DNA of 64,000 nucleotides from Reclinomonas americana ATCC 50394 (Eukaryota): NCBI GenBank assembly GCA_048213135.1, contig PS015010.1, positions 1 to 64,000 of the forward strand, read 5' to 3'. Shown piece by piece: positions 28,206 to 37,407 of this stretch (position 1 is its first letter; each line of letters starts with the position of its first letter). The notes under the pieces were generated by a model. It saw only the letters and a program-made list of their open reading frames with translations, ran no database searches and was not told where the DNA came from. The position numbers and the translations under genes were made by a program.

Positions 28206-29399
28206 ATGTCAAAACTGAATTTCTTTGAAAGGGCCGCTAAGTTCGGCCATTCAGCAGACGCACTCAAAGCGGGGCACGACATCTCGTCGGAGATCTCCGT
28301 ACCTAATCTCGATGAACTGAAAAAATTACTGGATGATGGATCTTCAGCAGAAGAAAAATCCAGCTTCGCCGGTTCCCTCGGAGCCGCACCCAACGACAGT
28401 GATCCGCAAAGCGGGCTGCTGAGCAGGGTGAACGCACACATTTTTGGTAATGCGCCTTTATCAGCCGATGATGAAGCCATGGTAAAACAGGCTTTCCCGC
28501 TGACAGTACTCACGCTTTCGGCAGAAAATAAAACATACCCGAAAGGAGAGAACTGCCTGGGTAAATCACAGCTGATCATCAACTGTAATTATGGTACTGT
28601 TACTATGGATGACCAGTCTTATGTTACCGTTTACAACTCTACGCTCAACTACACCATGGATACCCTGGTGCGTAATGGCAAGCCACCTGCCCAGTGGGGT
28701 GACTTCAATATTCTCGGTACGACCGGAACTACAGGCGGCGTGGGCGATGGCGGTGCCAAAGGTGGTACCGGCAGCACCGGCAAAGGGGGCAACTGCTCCA
28801 GCGCGGGTATTGCAGGCTCTCCCGGTGAAGATGGTAAAAAAGGCGATGATGGTAAAGAAGGTGGCGTGGGTAATACCGGCGGCACCGGTCTGCCCAGCAT
28901 GGCTGCTACCATACGCATCAACAACGAGATCAAAGGCACCAATTCGGTGATCATTTATTCCTGCTCCGGTGCAGGCGGACAAGGTGGTACCGGCGGCACT
29001 GGCGGTGAAGGTGGCAAAGGTGGTGATGGCGGCGATGGCGCTACTTGCGGTTGTACAGGTTCGGCTTGCGGTAACGGTGTTAACGGCGGCGCGGGCGGTA
29101 CCGGTGGTACAGGCGGACGCGGTGGCGATGGTATCGACGGACAAGGCAAGATCAACATCTTCGTTCAGAAGAAATTCTCCAGCTATATCCAGAAAGTGTA
29201 TGGCGATGCCAAACCCGGACAGGGCGGCACAGGCGGTACCGGTGGCACAGGCGGCGGACCAGGTTATCGCGGAAAGAATGGTAAACACAACAGCGGTGGC
29301 AGCAACGGTAACAGTGGCGGCCCGGGCAACAAAGGCAACAAAGGCGGCGCCGGTAATTATACAGGCAAAGCTGCTGAGATAATCGTTCAGTATTTGTAA
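28206..29399 (+). CDS. Glycine-rich (GGx/Gxx repeat) protein, paralog 2
   Basis: Same architecture; GGTGGTGGEGGKGGDGGDG blocks; Cys in turns (GNCSS, TCGCTGSAC). Confidence 0.8.
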   Translation: MSKLNFFERAAKFGHSADALKAGHDISSEISVPNLDELKKLLDDGSSAEEKSSFAGSLGAAPNDSDPQSGLLSRVNAHIFGNAPLSADDEAMVKQAFPLTVLTLSAENKTYPKGENCLGKSQLIINCNYGTVTMDDQSYVTVYNSTLNYTMDTLVRNGKPPAQWGDFNILGTTGTTGGVGDGGAKGGTGSTGKGGNCSSAGIAGSPGEDGKKGDDGKEGGVGNTGGTGLPSMAATIRINNEIKGTNSVIIYSCSGAGGQGGTGGTGGEGGKGGDGGDGATCGCTGSACGNGVNGGAGGTGGTGGRGGDGIDGQGKINIFVQKKFSSYIQKVYGDAKPGQGGTGGTGGTGGGPGYRGKNGKHNSGGSNGNSGGPGNKGNKGGAGNYTGKAAEIIVQYL

Positions 29400-29407
29400 A
29401 CCCTTAT

Positions 29408-29449
29408 GCAGGTGAAGAGAAGGGACATCCCGGCTTCACCTGCTTTTTT
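29408..29449 (+). terminator. Terminator-like hairpin inside the cluster
   Basis: GCAGGTGAAG / CTTCACCTGC 10-bp perfect stem plus T6. Confidence 0.7.
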
Positions 29450-29469
29450 CATCTCCTAAACTAAAACCC

Positions 29470-31473
29470 ATGAACGAGGTTCAAAAAATACAATGCAAGA
29501 ATAAAGCCTGGTTTGTCATGTCCTTCTGTGTAACCGATGGCTCTAACCTGACACCCTCTACCAGCGATTTTCCCGTGCTGCAATCCGGCACAATTGACCT
29601 GGCCTCCAGTACTTTCGCGGAAGGCTCCGCCGTATGGCCGATTGTTTCCGCTGTACTTGGTAAAACACAACCTTCGCCCGACCAGGTAACCTTTGCCATG
29701 AATGATAAAACGGCCGTGTATGAAGTAACCGGCACCACGCTCAACTATTCCGTAAAATTTGTAGGTATTGTTGATGGCAAAGACAACCGTCCTGCAGGTT
29801 TCCCTGCGCAAATACCCATCAACAGCGTACCCTTCATCAACTGGGCTGAAACCATTGATGTGCCTGCCATATGGACCTGCGCTCCCCGCAATGGCGATGA
29901 TGTGGCCGCTGCCTGTAACTGGGCCGCGAAAAACGGTTACACCGTAAGACCAAGAGGCATTATGCACAACTGGTCACCACTCTCGGTAACACCAGGGTTA
30001 AGTACCTACGATAAAGTATTGCTGGTAGACACAACCAAAGCGCTTCATCAAATGACTTTCATCCCCGCATCGGGTAACAACGGACCTGCTGTAAGAGTGG
30101 GCGTAGGTGCCACTATGGGTAAACTCATGGCTTTTCTCGAACAACAAGCGGGAGGTAAAGGCAGTGCGCCGGGTTACAGCTTTCCGCATATACCCGCGCC
30201 GGATCACCTCACCGTTGGCGGTGTGCTCGCCATCAATGGTCACGGTACGGCTATCGCCACGGAAGCAGGCGATCATTTTCCAACTACTTATGGTTCGATG
30301 AGCAACCGCATACTTTCTTTAACGGCTGTAGTAACTGATCCTTCTTCAAAAGATCCGAACAGCTACCAGCTGAAAACTTTTGAAAGAGGTAATAAAGATC
30401 TCGAGGCGTTTATGACGCAACTGGGCAGGGCATTGGTGGTGGAAGCCACTTTGCAGGTGATCGACAACTACAACATGCGTTGCCTCAGTATTACCAACCT
30501 CGATAAATCTGTTCTCTTCAAAGAACCGCAGGGAGGTGTGATACCACCCAACAGTTGCGGCTATTTCCTGGAACAAAGCGGAAGGATAGAGATCATCTGG
30601 TTCCCGTTCAGCACCAATCCCTGGCTGAAAGTGTGGACAGTGGCACCGAATAAACCCGACAGCTCGAGACTGGTGACCGGTCCGAATAATTACCCTTTCT
30701 CCGACAACCTGCCCGAAGGTGTTACCACCATCGTAAAGATGATCACCAAAATACCGGGTGCTGCCGTAGCACTGGGTGCTGCCATGCAAACACTCAGCAC
30801 ATTCGGACTTGATGGAAAGAATTTTATCGGCGTGTCCGGTTCTTACCCGGTTTCGAGAGATATCTGGGGGGCGTCAAGAAATACCCTGCTCTATGTAAAG
30901 GATACCACCCTGCGGGTTACCGCGAATGGTTATGCCGTTCATATGAAAAGGGCTGACGTGCAACAGGCCATCGCCGACTTTACTGCCAAATTCGATGCCA
31001 TGCTGGAAAGCTACCGGCAGCAGGATAAGTATCCCATTAACTCACCGCTCGAGATCAGGGTGACCGGACTCGACAGCAGCGATGACATGCCAGGCAGGGC
31101 AAGACCCACCATATCGGGCCTGGCAACAGATGATGCTACTATAAAAAATGGATGGGATGTTGCGGTGTGGTTTGATGTACTTACACTGCCCGGTACACCT
31201 TATGAAAATGACTTTTATGAAGAAATGGAGGAGTGGTTCCTGGACAGGTTCAAGGAACCCAATGCCAAAGTATTTCCTGAATGGTCGAAAGGATGGGCCT
31301 ATACCGGTGCCGCGGGACCATGGAATAATTCTGCTTTCATGCAGCATATCAGGGATGGTTTCACTAAAGACAGGAAAACAGATGACAACTGGGCCTGGCA
31401 GAAATCAACCATGGAAAAATATGATGCGAAAGGGATATTCCAGGGTAAGCTGCTCAACGACCTGTTCAGTTGA
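29470..31473 (+). CDS. Class II (VAO-type, covalent-FAD) cholesterol oxidase with extra N-terminal beta-sandwich domain
   Basis: RPRGIMHNWSPL (FAD-linking His), PAP..LTVGGVLAINGHGT, GRIEIIWFPF, RVTANGY, YPINSPLEIRVTG, PEWSKGW match Brevibacterium/Burkholderia-type cholesterol oxidases. Confidence 0.85.
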   Translation: MNEVQKIQCKNKAWFVMSFCVTDGSNLTPSTSDFPVLQSGTIDLASSTFAEGSAVWPIVSAVLGKTQPSPDQVTFAMNDKTAVYEVTGTTLNYSVKFVGIVDGKDNRPAGFPAQIPINSVPFINWAETIDVPAIWTCAPRNGDDVAAACNWAAKNGYTVRPRGIMHNWSPLSVTPGLSTYDKVLLVDTTKALHQMTFIPASGNNGPAVRVGVGATMGKLMAFLEQQAGGKGSAPGYSFPHIPAPDHLTVGGVLAINGHGTAIATEAGDHFPTTYGSMSNRILSLTAVVTDPSSKDPNSYQLKTFERGNKDLEAFMTQLGRALVVEATLQVIDNYNMRCLSITNLDKSVLFKEPQGGVIPPNSCGYFLEQSGRIEIIWFPFSTNPWLKVWTVAPNKPDSSRLVTGPNNYPFSDNLPEGVTTIVKMITKIPGAAVALGAAMQTLSTFGLDGKNFIGVSGSYPVSRDIWGASRNTLLYVKDTTLRVTANGYAVHMKRADVQQAIADFTAKFDAMLESYRQQDKYPINSPLEIRVTGLDSSDDMPGRARPTISGLATDDATIKNGWDVAVWFDVLTLPGTPYENDFYEEMEEWFLDRFKEPNAKVFPEWSKGWAYTGAAGPWNNSAFMQHIRDGFTKDRKTDDNWAWQKSTMEKYDAKGIFQGKLLNDLFS

Positions 31474-31497
31474 GGATAAATGACTTATGAAATACAG

Positions 31498-31527
31498 GCG
31501 CCGGTTTTGTTCACCGGCGCTTTTTTT
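31498..31527 (+). terminator. Intrinsic terminator ending the cluster
   Basis: GCGCCGG / CCGGCGC stem plus T7. Confidence 0.85.
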
Positions 31528-31642
31528 ATTGCAGGCATAAGTGCAGGGCATTGTATCTTCACTGCTTCTTTTCTTTCGTCCCTCATGATAGCTTCCGTTC
31601 CCTTGTGATTACCAACGATCATAAATATTCAACTGCGGAAAC

Positions 31643-33346
31643 ATGCGGCCTGTTGTGGTATTGGTACTTTTCTCCTGCCTGTCCCTTTCAGTAAAGGGGC
31701 AGTATAATTTTTATTTTGGAAACCTGCATGCGCATTCTTCCTATTCCGATGGCAATAAAGACAGTACAGCCAGCGGCTTCTATACACCCGGCGATGACTA
31801 CAATTACGCGAAGGCCAGCTACCACATGGACTTTCTTGGTATCGCCGATCATAATCATTACAACGCCTCCAACAACCCGGGTATGCACGTGGCAGATTAC
31901 GCGAAGGGCGTGTACCAGGCCGATACAGCCAACCGTGACGGTAGTTTTGTATGCCTCTACGGATTTGAATGGGGCGTGATCAGTAATGGCGGGCACGTGA
32001 TCACTTATGGTGTTCCGGGCCTGGTAGGCTGGGAGAGCGGAAGCGGGGCATGGGGACCTGCGAATAATTACGATATCTTCTGTGCCAAATCCGACTACAT
32101 GGCTTTCTGGTCAGTAATAAAAAATTATCCCCGTGCATTCTGTACACTGGCGCACCCGCAGAGCGGTGATTACAACGACCTGGCAGACGCGGCACCTTAC
32201 AGCACCCTGGCAGATTCCGCCATTGAAGGCATAGCGATCCGAAGCGGAAATGCAATGTCGGTAACCACCGATTATTCAGATCCTGCTCCCACACTGTATC
32301 AATCGGTTTATTTTAAAACACTGGCAAAAGGATATAAGCTTGGCCCTGTTGCCGACCAGGATAATCACTACACCACATTTGGCAGGACCAATAAAACCAG
32401 GACAGTTGTTTTGTCAACGGAATTATCCCGCGACAGTATCATGGCGGCTTACAAGGCCCGCCGCTTCTATGCCTCAGACGACTGGAACGCGAAAGTGACG
32501 TTTACAGTGAACGGATCTTTCATGGGCAGCGATATCACTACGTTCAGCGACGCGTCTATTTTTGTGATGACAGATGATGCCGATGGCGCAGCTGATCCGG
32601 TCAGCAAAATCGAATTATATTATGGATCTTACGGCAGCGGGATCAACCCGGTCATACTCACCTCCAATACCGGCAGCACCAGCCTCAGCTATACGCATCC
32701 CCTTGCCGCCGGCAGCAGGTATTATTATTTTGCAAAGATCACACAGCAGGACGGCGACATCCTGTGGACTTCCCCGGTATGGGTGTATCGTCCGCTGGTA
32801 TTGCCAATAGACATTACTGACTTTGCAGGAAAGCGGGTATCCCATACCGTTATATTGAACTGGAGATCGCTGGTGAACAGCGCGGCGTATTTTGAAGTGG
32901 AACGCTCTTCCGATGGGTTGAAGTATGAACGTATCGGTACGGTCATGTCCAGCGTTGCTTCTGCCGGAAATTATGACTTTACCGATCTGTTACCTGAAGA
33001 TGGTATTAACCTGTACCGGTTGCGGATAGTGGCTAAGGATGGCAGTGCCAGCTATTCCCCTGTTGTCGCCATTCCGTTCGATAGACCATTGGTCCGTATC
33101 CTTTCCGTTTACCCCAATCCCGCAGGTCCGGTACTGCATATGCTTTATGAAGCAGGCACCAACCGGAACGTTACCTGTGTTATCTATAACAGTGAAGGCA
33201 GGCAGGTAAAGTCATTCAGCAGTATGCTGAATACTGGTGTCAATATCATTCGGACTGATATTTCATCCTTAGCGGCAGGAACTTACTTTGTTGTTTTGAG
33301 CGAACCCGGCAAGCGAATCGCGGAGACCCGCTTCATTAAACAGTAA
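31643..33346 (+). CDS. Secreted PHP-family (CehA/McbA-like) metallohydrolase with T9SS CTD
   Basis: Signal peptide; GNLHAHSSYSDG, DFLGIADH, GFEW, GH, AHP, DNH motifs; VYPNP...GTY...RFIKQ. Confidence 0.8.
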   Translation: MRPVVVLVLFSCLSLSVKGQYNFYFGNLHAHSSYSDGNKDSTASGFYTPGDDYNYAKASYHMDFLGIADHNHYNASNNPGMHVADYAKGVYQADTANRDGSFVCLYGFEWGVISNGGHVITYGVPGLVGWESGSGAWGPANNYDIFCAKSDYMAFWSVIKNYPRAFCTLAHPQSGDYNDLADAAPYSTLADSAIEGIAIRSGNAMSVTTDYSDPAPTLYQSVYFKTLAKGYKLGPVADQDNHYTTFGRTNKTRTVVLSTELSRDSIMAAYKARRFYASDDWNAKVTFTVNGSFMGSDITTFSDASIFVMTDDADGAADPVSKIELYYGSYGSGINPVILTSNTGSTSLSYTHPLAAGSRYYYFAKITQQDGDILWTSPVWVYRPLVLPIDITDFAGKRVSHTVILNWRSLVNSAAYFEVERSSDGLKYERIGTVMSSVASAGNYDFTDLLPEDGINLYRLRIVAKDGSASYSPVVAIPFDRPLVRILSVYPNPAGPVLHMLYEAGTNRNVTCVIYNSEGRQVKSFSSMLNTGVNIIRTDISSLAAGTYFVVLSEPGKRIAETRFIKQ

Positions 33347-33355
33347 ACAATAGGA

Positions 33356-33613
33356 TCAGGCCAGTTTACTTTTCAGGAAACTTTCAATGGTGGAACAGGG
33401 AACAAAAAAAGGTTTCTCTGTGATAAGGAGTGCCAGGTCCTGGCCCTTTACCTGGTAAGAACCCGCAACGGTATTGCTGAGTACGCTCACAAAAAAAGAT
33501 CCCTCTTTATCATCGCCGGAAAAACGACCGCCTTGTTTTTCAATGGCCGATTGCGCTTTCTCTAAAATAACGGTAGGCTCGCCGGAAAAAGGTATAGTGA
33601 ATGAACAGGACAT
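33356..33613 (-). CDS. Small hypothetical protein
   Basis: 85-aa ORF, co-oriented with upstream genes, plausible composition. Confidence 0.65.
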   Translation of the reverse strand: MSCSFTIPFSGEPTVILEKAQSAIEKQGGRFSGDDKEGSFFVSVLSNTVAGSYQVKGQDLALLITEKPFFVPCSTIESFLKSKLA

Positions 33614-33644
33614 AGTTTGCTTTTATGATAGGTCAATAAATAAT

Positions 33645-34250
33645 TTACATTTCAATTTTCGGCAGGCTCCACCTGAATTTAACTGCTGCCAAACGGAGCG
33701 CAATAATACTCATAATACTGATCACAGCCGCCCACCTGCCGGGCAGTTCCGCATATTTTAACAATAAGTACAGCGAGGCGCCCGCCAGGCAGGCCGTAGC
33801 GTATATCTCCTTGCGGAATATCTGCGGCACTTCGTTGATCAGTGTATCCCTGATCACGCCGCCCATCACAGCCGTGAACAAACCCATCAGCACCGCCGCC
33901 AGCGGAGCCACATCCAGCGCCAGTGCTTTTTCCATACCAATGATGGTATAAATGGCGATGCCAATCGTGTCAAACACCAGCATGATCTTCGGTATCTTTT
34001 TCCACTGCCTGTAAAATAAAATACTGAGGATAATTCCCGCAGTGATCACCACCAGGTAATTATTATCGGCCACCCAGGCAATGGGATGCGAGCCGAGGAT
34101 GATATCGCGTAAGGTGCCACCGCCGATGGAAGTGGCGAAAGCTGTAAAGCTTACCCCGAACAAATCCTTATACATATTTTTATCGGAAGCCGCCAGCGCA
34201 CCGGAAATGGCGAACATCAGCACCCCGAAAAGATTAAAATAATAAGCCAT
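33645..34250 (-). CDS. Trimeric intracellular cation channel (TRIC/UPF0126, YadS-like) membrane protein
   Basis: FAISGA, GGGTLRD, DTIG, GGVIRD, EIYATA duplicated-domain motifs; start taken at MAYYF. Confidence 0.85.
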   Translation of the reverse strand: MAYYFNLFGVLMFAISGALAASDKNMYKDLFGVSFTAFATSIGGGTLRDIILGSHPIAWVADNNYLVVITAGIILSILFYRQWKKIPKIMLVFDTIGIAIYTIIGMEKALALDVAPLAAVLMGLFTAVMGGVIRDTLINEVPQIFRKEIYATACLAGASLYLLLKYAELPGRWAAVISIMSIIALRLAAVKFRWSLPKIEM

Positions 34251-34334
34251 GATCTTGCAGTTTAAAACAAAAGTAATGGAGAACAGGGGGAGATGAAAGC
34301 GCTTTGTTAAGAATTTCATCCTCCTGCTGCCGGT

Positions 34335-34362
34335 AAACAAAACCCCCGGACGAAACGGGGGT
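34335..34362 (-). terminator. Probable terminator of Met operon
   Basis: ACCCCCG / CGGGGGT stem followed by TTTTGTTT on minus strand. Confidence 0.6.
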
Positions 34363-34423
34363 CATTGTTATTAAAAAACCAAAACTAATAAGCGTACCAG
34401 GATACGTTGTCAAAACAAACCTT

Positions 34424-35683
34424 TTATACAACACCGGCCAGTTCCAGGCTGCGCCGGCTGATCTCTTTATAGGCAACCGATTCTATTACCGGGTCAGGGC
34501 ACAGGATCAGCGATACACCGGGTTGCTTCCACCAGTCACTGGCAGCCAGCTTCTCCGCGTGGATCACCGCGATAAGATGACTGTAATTAAATCCATTGTG
34601 CCATTCTTCCACCCATTCAAAATCATCCCGGTTGATCTTTTTCACATCATCGGTACTCACAAATACTTTCAGGTAATAATCGTTGGTGAGTTCAGAGTCG
34701 GTCAGTTGTGATATTTTTTTATACTCATATTTATAGTCGTAACGCAGGGCGGAAATATCACTCAGCACAGCCGACGCGGTAGGGAAAGCACCCGCCCCCT
34801 TGCCTTTGAAAAAATGTTTATCGGCAAATGTACTTTCTATCGTTACGGCGTTGAATTCGTTGCGAACGGCATACAGTTCGTCAGTATCATTAACGAGTTG
34901 CGGTAATACAAAAGCAGCCAGTTTTCCGTTCTCCAGTTTTTGCGCATTGGCCACCAGTTTAATGCCGAGCTTTTTTTCTTTGGCTACGTTGGCATCCTGC
35001 AGGCTGATCTGTTCTATACCGTTGAAAATAAAATCACCTGTAGCGGCTTTTACCCCAAAGGAATGCGCCAGCAGTATGGCGAGTTTGTTGGCAGCGTCAA
35101 AACCGCCGATATCGAGTTTGGGATTGCTTTCCGCGAAACCCAGTTGCTGTGCGGAAAGCAGCGCTTCCGAAAATTCGAGCTGCTCTTCCAGTATTTTGGT
35201 GAGAATATAATTGGTTGATCCGTTAATGATACCACGGAAAGAACGCAGCAGGTCATTGTCGTAATATTCTTCGAGATTGCGTACGATAGGCAGGCTGGCA
35301 CAACAGGCGGCTTCGTACAGGAAAGGCGTCTGGTATTCTTCCTGCAGTTGCAGCAGTTCTTCAAAATGTTCGGCAATCATTTTTTTGTTCGCACTTACCA
35401 CGGCCTTGCGTTTTTGCAAAGCTGTTTTTACAATCTGGAAAGCGGCATCCGCGTCGTCGATCAGCTCTACAATTACATTGATGCTGTCGTCGTTCAGTAA
35501 TACCGCCGCGTCGGTGGTAAAATGTTCCTGCGGGATGGCTCTTTTCTTCGCCGCGTCGCGGATGCATATTTTTTTGATCGTGGACTGCAGGGTGGGCGTG
35601 CTGTGCAGCACATCGTAAAGGCCTTTGCCTACTACGCCAAAACCAAAGAGACCTATGTTGAGTTTGTTATTTTTTCCAGCCAT
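34424..35683 (-). CDS. hom: Homoserine dehydrogenase
   Basis: GLFGFGVVG, VVSANK, YEAA, GIINGSTNYIL, GFAESNP..DI.G.DAANK, GAGAFPTASAV. Confidence 0.92.
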   Translation of the reverse strand: MAGKNNKLNIGLFGFGVVGKGLYDVLHSTPTLQSTIKKICIRDAAKKRAIPQEHFTTDAAVLLNDDSINVIVELIDDADAAFQIVKTALQKRKAVVSANKKMIAEHFEELLQLQEEYQTPFLYEAACCASLPIVRNLEEYYDNDLLRSFRGIINGSTNYILTKILEEQLEFSEALLSAQQLGFAESNPKLDIGGFDAANKLAILLAHSFGVKAATGDFIFNGIEQISLQDANVAKEKKLGIKLVANAQKLENGKLAAFVLPQLVNDTDELYAVRNEFNAVTIESTFADKHFFKGKGAGAFPTASAVLSDISALRYDYKYEYKKISQLTDSELTNDYYLKVFVSTDDVKKINRDDFEWVEEWHNGFNYSHLIAVIHAEKLAASDWWKQPGVSLILCPDPVIESVAYKEISRRSLELAGVV

Positions 35684-35753
35684 GTTATGGTCAATTAAAA
35701 AGTTAAAAGTCAAAATTCAAAAATTGCCGATTCATTTCATCTTTGAACTTTTG

Positions 35754-36932
35754 TTATACCAATGTGCCCGCGTTTTCTTTCCGGGTAGTAGTTGCTTTGG
35801 CGAAAGCCTGTTCGAGGTCGGCGATGAGGTCTTCAACTTCTTCCAGGCCTACACTTAAACGGATGAGGCTGTCGGCAACACCCGCGGCACGGCGTTTTTC
35901 AGCCGGGATGCTTTTGTGGGTCATGTTGGCCGGGTGGCAGAGCAGGCTTTTTACACCACCCAGGCTTTCGGCCAGTTTGAAATATTGTGTGGAAGTAACA
36001 ACTGATATGGCTGCTGCTTCGGTATTTTCCTTCAGGGTGAAGGACACCACACCGCCGAAACCTTTGCTTTGCTTCTTGGCAATATCGTGGTTCAGGTGCG
36101 TCGTCAAACCGGGGTAGTACACTTTATCCACCGCCGGATGTGTTTCCAGGAATTCAGCTACGGCCTGCGCATTGCGGCAGTGCTGCTGTACACGCAGGTG
36201 AAGTGTTTCAATACCGCGTATCACCAGGAAACTGTCGAACGGCGAAAGGATGGCGCCACTGGCGTTCTGGATGAATTTTATTTTTTCACCCAGTTCTTTT
36301 TCTTTCGTTACTACCAGGCCGGCAATCAGGTCGCTGTGCCCGCCCAGGTACTTGGTGGCGCTGTGCACTACAATATCAGCTCCCAGCGAAAGAGGTTGTT
36401 GTAAGGCGGGTGAAGCAAAAGTGTTATCCACGCAAAGCCAACAGGAATTGGCCTTGGCGATTTTGGCGATGGCTTCAATATCGCTCACTTTCAATGTTGG
36501 ATTGGTGGGCGTTTCCAGCCAGATAAGTTTGGTATTAGGGGTGATGGCATTGAATACATTTTCAGCATCGGTGGTATCCACGTAGTTGATCTTAATGCCG
36601 AATTTTTCATAGATGTGGGTGAAGAGACGGAAGGCACCGCCGTATATATCGTCAACGGCCAGTATCTCGTCGCCTGCTTTCAGGAGTTTTACCACCGCGT
36701 CGATAGCGGCAAGTCCGCTGCCGAAAGCTACACCTACGCTTCCTTTTTCAAGCTGGGCGATTATATTTTCGAGGGTGCCACGGGTAGGGTTGTTGCTGCG
36801 GGCATAATCATAGCCCTTGTTCACACCCGGTGCTTCCTGTATGTACGTGCTGGTCTGGTAAATGGGTACGCTGATGGAACCGGTTAACGGATCAGTTGGA
36901 ATGCTGTGGATCAGTTGTGTTGCGTTGCTCAT
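35754..36932 (-). CDS. Cys/Met metabolism PLP enzyme (cystathionine gamma-synthase/lyase family)
   Basis: PIYQTST, YARSNNPT, ETPTNP, VDNTF, HSATKYLGGHSD, AESLGG, RLSVGLE. Confidence 0.92.
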   Translation of the reverse strand: MSNATQLIHSIPTDPLTGSISVPIYQTSTYIQEAPGVNKGYDYARSNNPTRGTLENIIAQLEKGSVGVAFGSGLAAIDAVVKLLKAGDEILAVDDIYGGAFRLFTHIYEKFGIKINYVDTTDAENVFNAITPNTKLIWLETPTNPTLKVSDIEAIAKIAKANSCWLCVDNTFASPALQQPLSLGADIVVHSATKYLGGHSDLIAGLVVTKEKELGEKIKFIQNASGAILSPFDSFLVIRGIETLHLRVQQHCRNAQAVAEFLETHPAVDKVYYPGLTTHLNHDIAKKQSKGFGGVVSFTLKENTEAAAISVVTSTQYFKLAESLGGVKSLLCHPANMTHKSIPAEKRRAAGVADSLIRLSVGLEEVEDLIADLEQAFAKATTTRKENAGTLV

Positions 36933-37047
36933 CTTGTTTGGTTTTTAATTGTGATGATGACTTGTTAAGACAGGTTCTGTTCATCAGCTTCGCAAGAGAG
37001 CAGTAGGATTACCGGGAGAGCTTTCTGTGACGTACTGTACGTGCAAC

Positions 37048-37082
37048 AAAAAAGCTCACCCGATAAATCAGATGAGCTTTTT
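37048..37082 (-). terminator. Riboswitch-controlled terminator
   Basis: AAAAAGCTCA / TGAGCTTTTTT stem on minus strand between riboswitch and CDS. Confidence 0.8.
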
Positions 37083-37120
37083 AAATTATTTTAAGTAATT
37101 GTAGTAAAGCGTTGATCTGA

Positions 37121-37228
37121 CTTATCTGCCCCGATATGTATCGGGATGGAATTAGCACCTTTTTCAGTTCGCACTGAAGTGGTTGCTAAGGCTTCAACGG
37201 GCCATTACCCTCTGCCTTTCTTGATAAG
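37121..37228 (-). ncRNA. SAM-I (S-box) riboswitch
   Basis: Minus strand CTTATCAAGA..GAGGG..TGGCCCG.TGAAGCC..AGCAACC...AAGGTGCTAATTCC...GATAAG consensus, upstream of Met biosynthesis genes. Confidence 0.93.
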
Positions 37229-37249
37229 TGATGTTGTAAAGAACTGGTG

Positions 37250-37282
37250 CAAAGATATTGGCAGGATGTTCAGAATTCCAAA
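37250..37282 (-). promoter_or_regulatory. Bacteroidota sigma-70 promoter (-33 TTTG / -7 TATCTTTG)
   Basis: TTTG-21 nt-TATCTTTG directly upstream of the riboswitch. Confidence 0.65.
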
Positions 37283-37365
37283 TATTTTTTTGTAAAAATT
37301 TTGTCAATACAGGCGAAACTCTTGCTGGTGTTGAGTTCTGCGAGGTTTATTTTTTAGAAGGCGAC

Positions 37366-37407
37366 GGATGCGGGATGTGGGATACGAGATGCAGGATACG
37401 GGATACA
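37366..37407 (+). repeat. Heptamer tandem repeat (GGATRYG-like x6)
   Basis: ggatgcg ggatgtg ggatacg agatgca ggatacg ggataca. Confidence 0.75.

Noticed and set aside
27335-29288. Minus-strand Thr/Ala/Pro-rich ORFs
   Set aside because: Shadows of the glycine-codon repeats on the plus strand
26852-29399. True collagen
   Set aside because: Gly blocks are short, interrupted, GG-rich and Pro-poor
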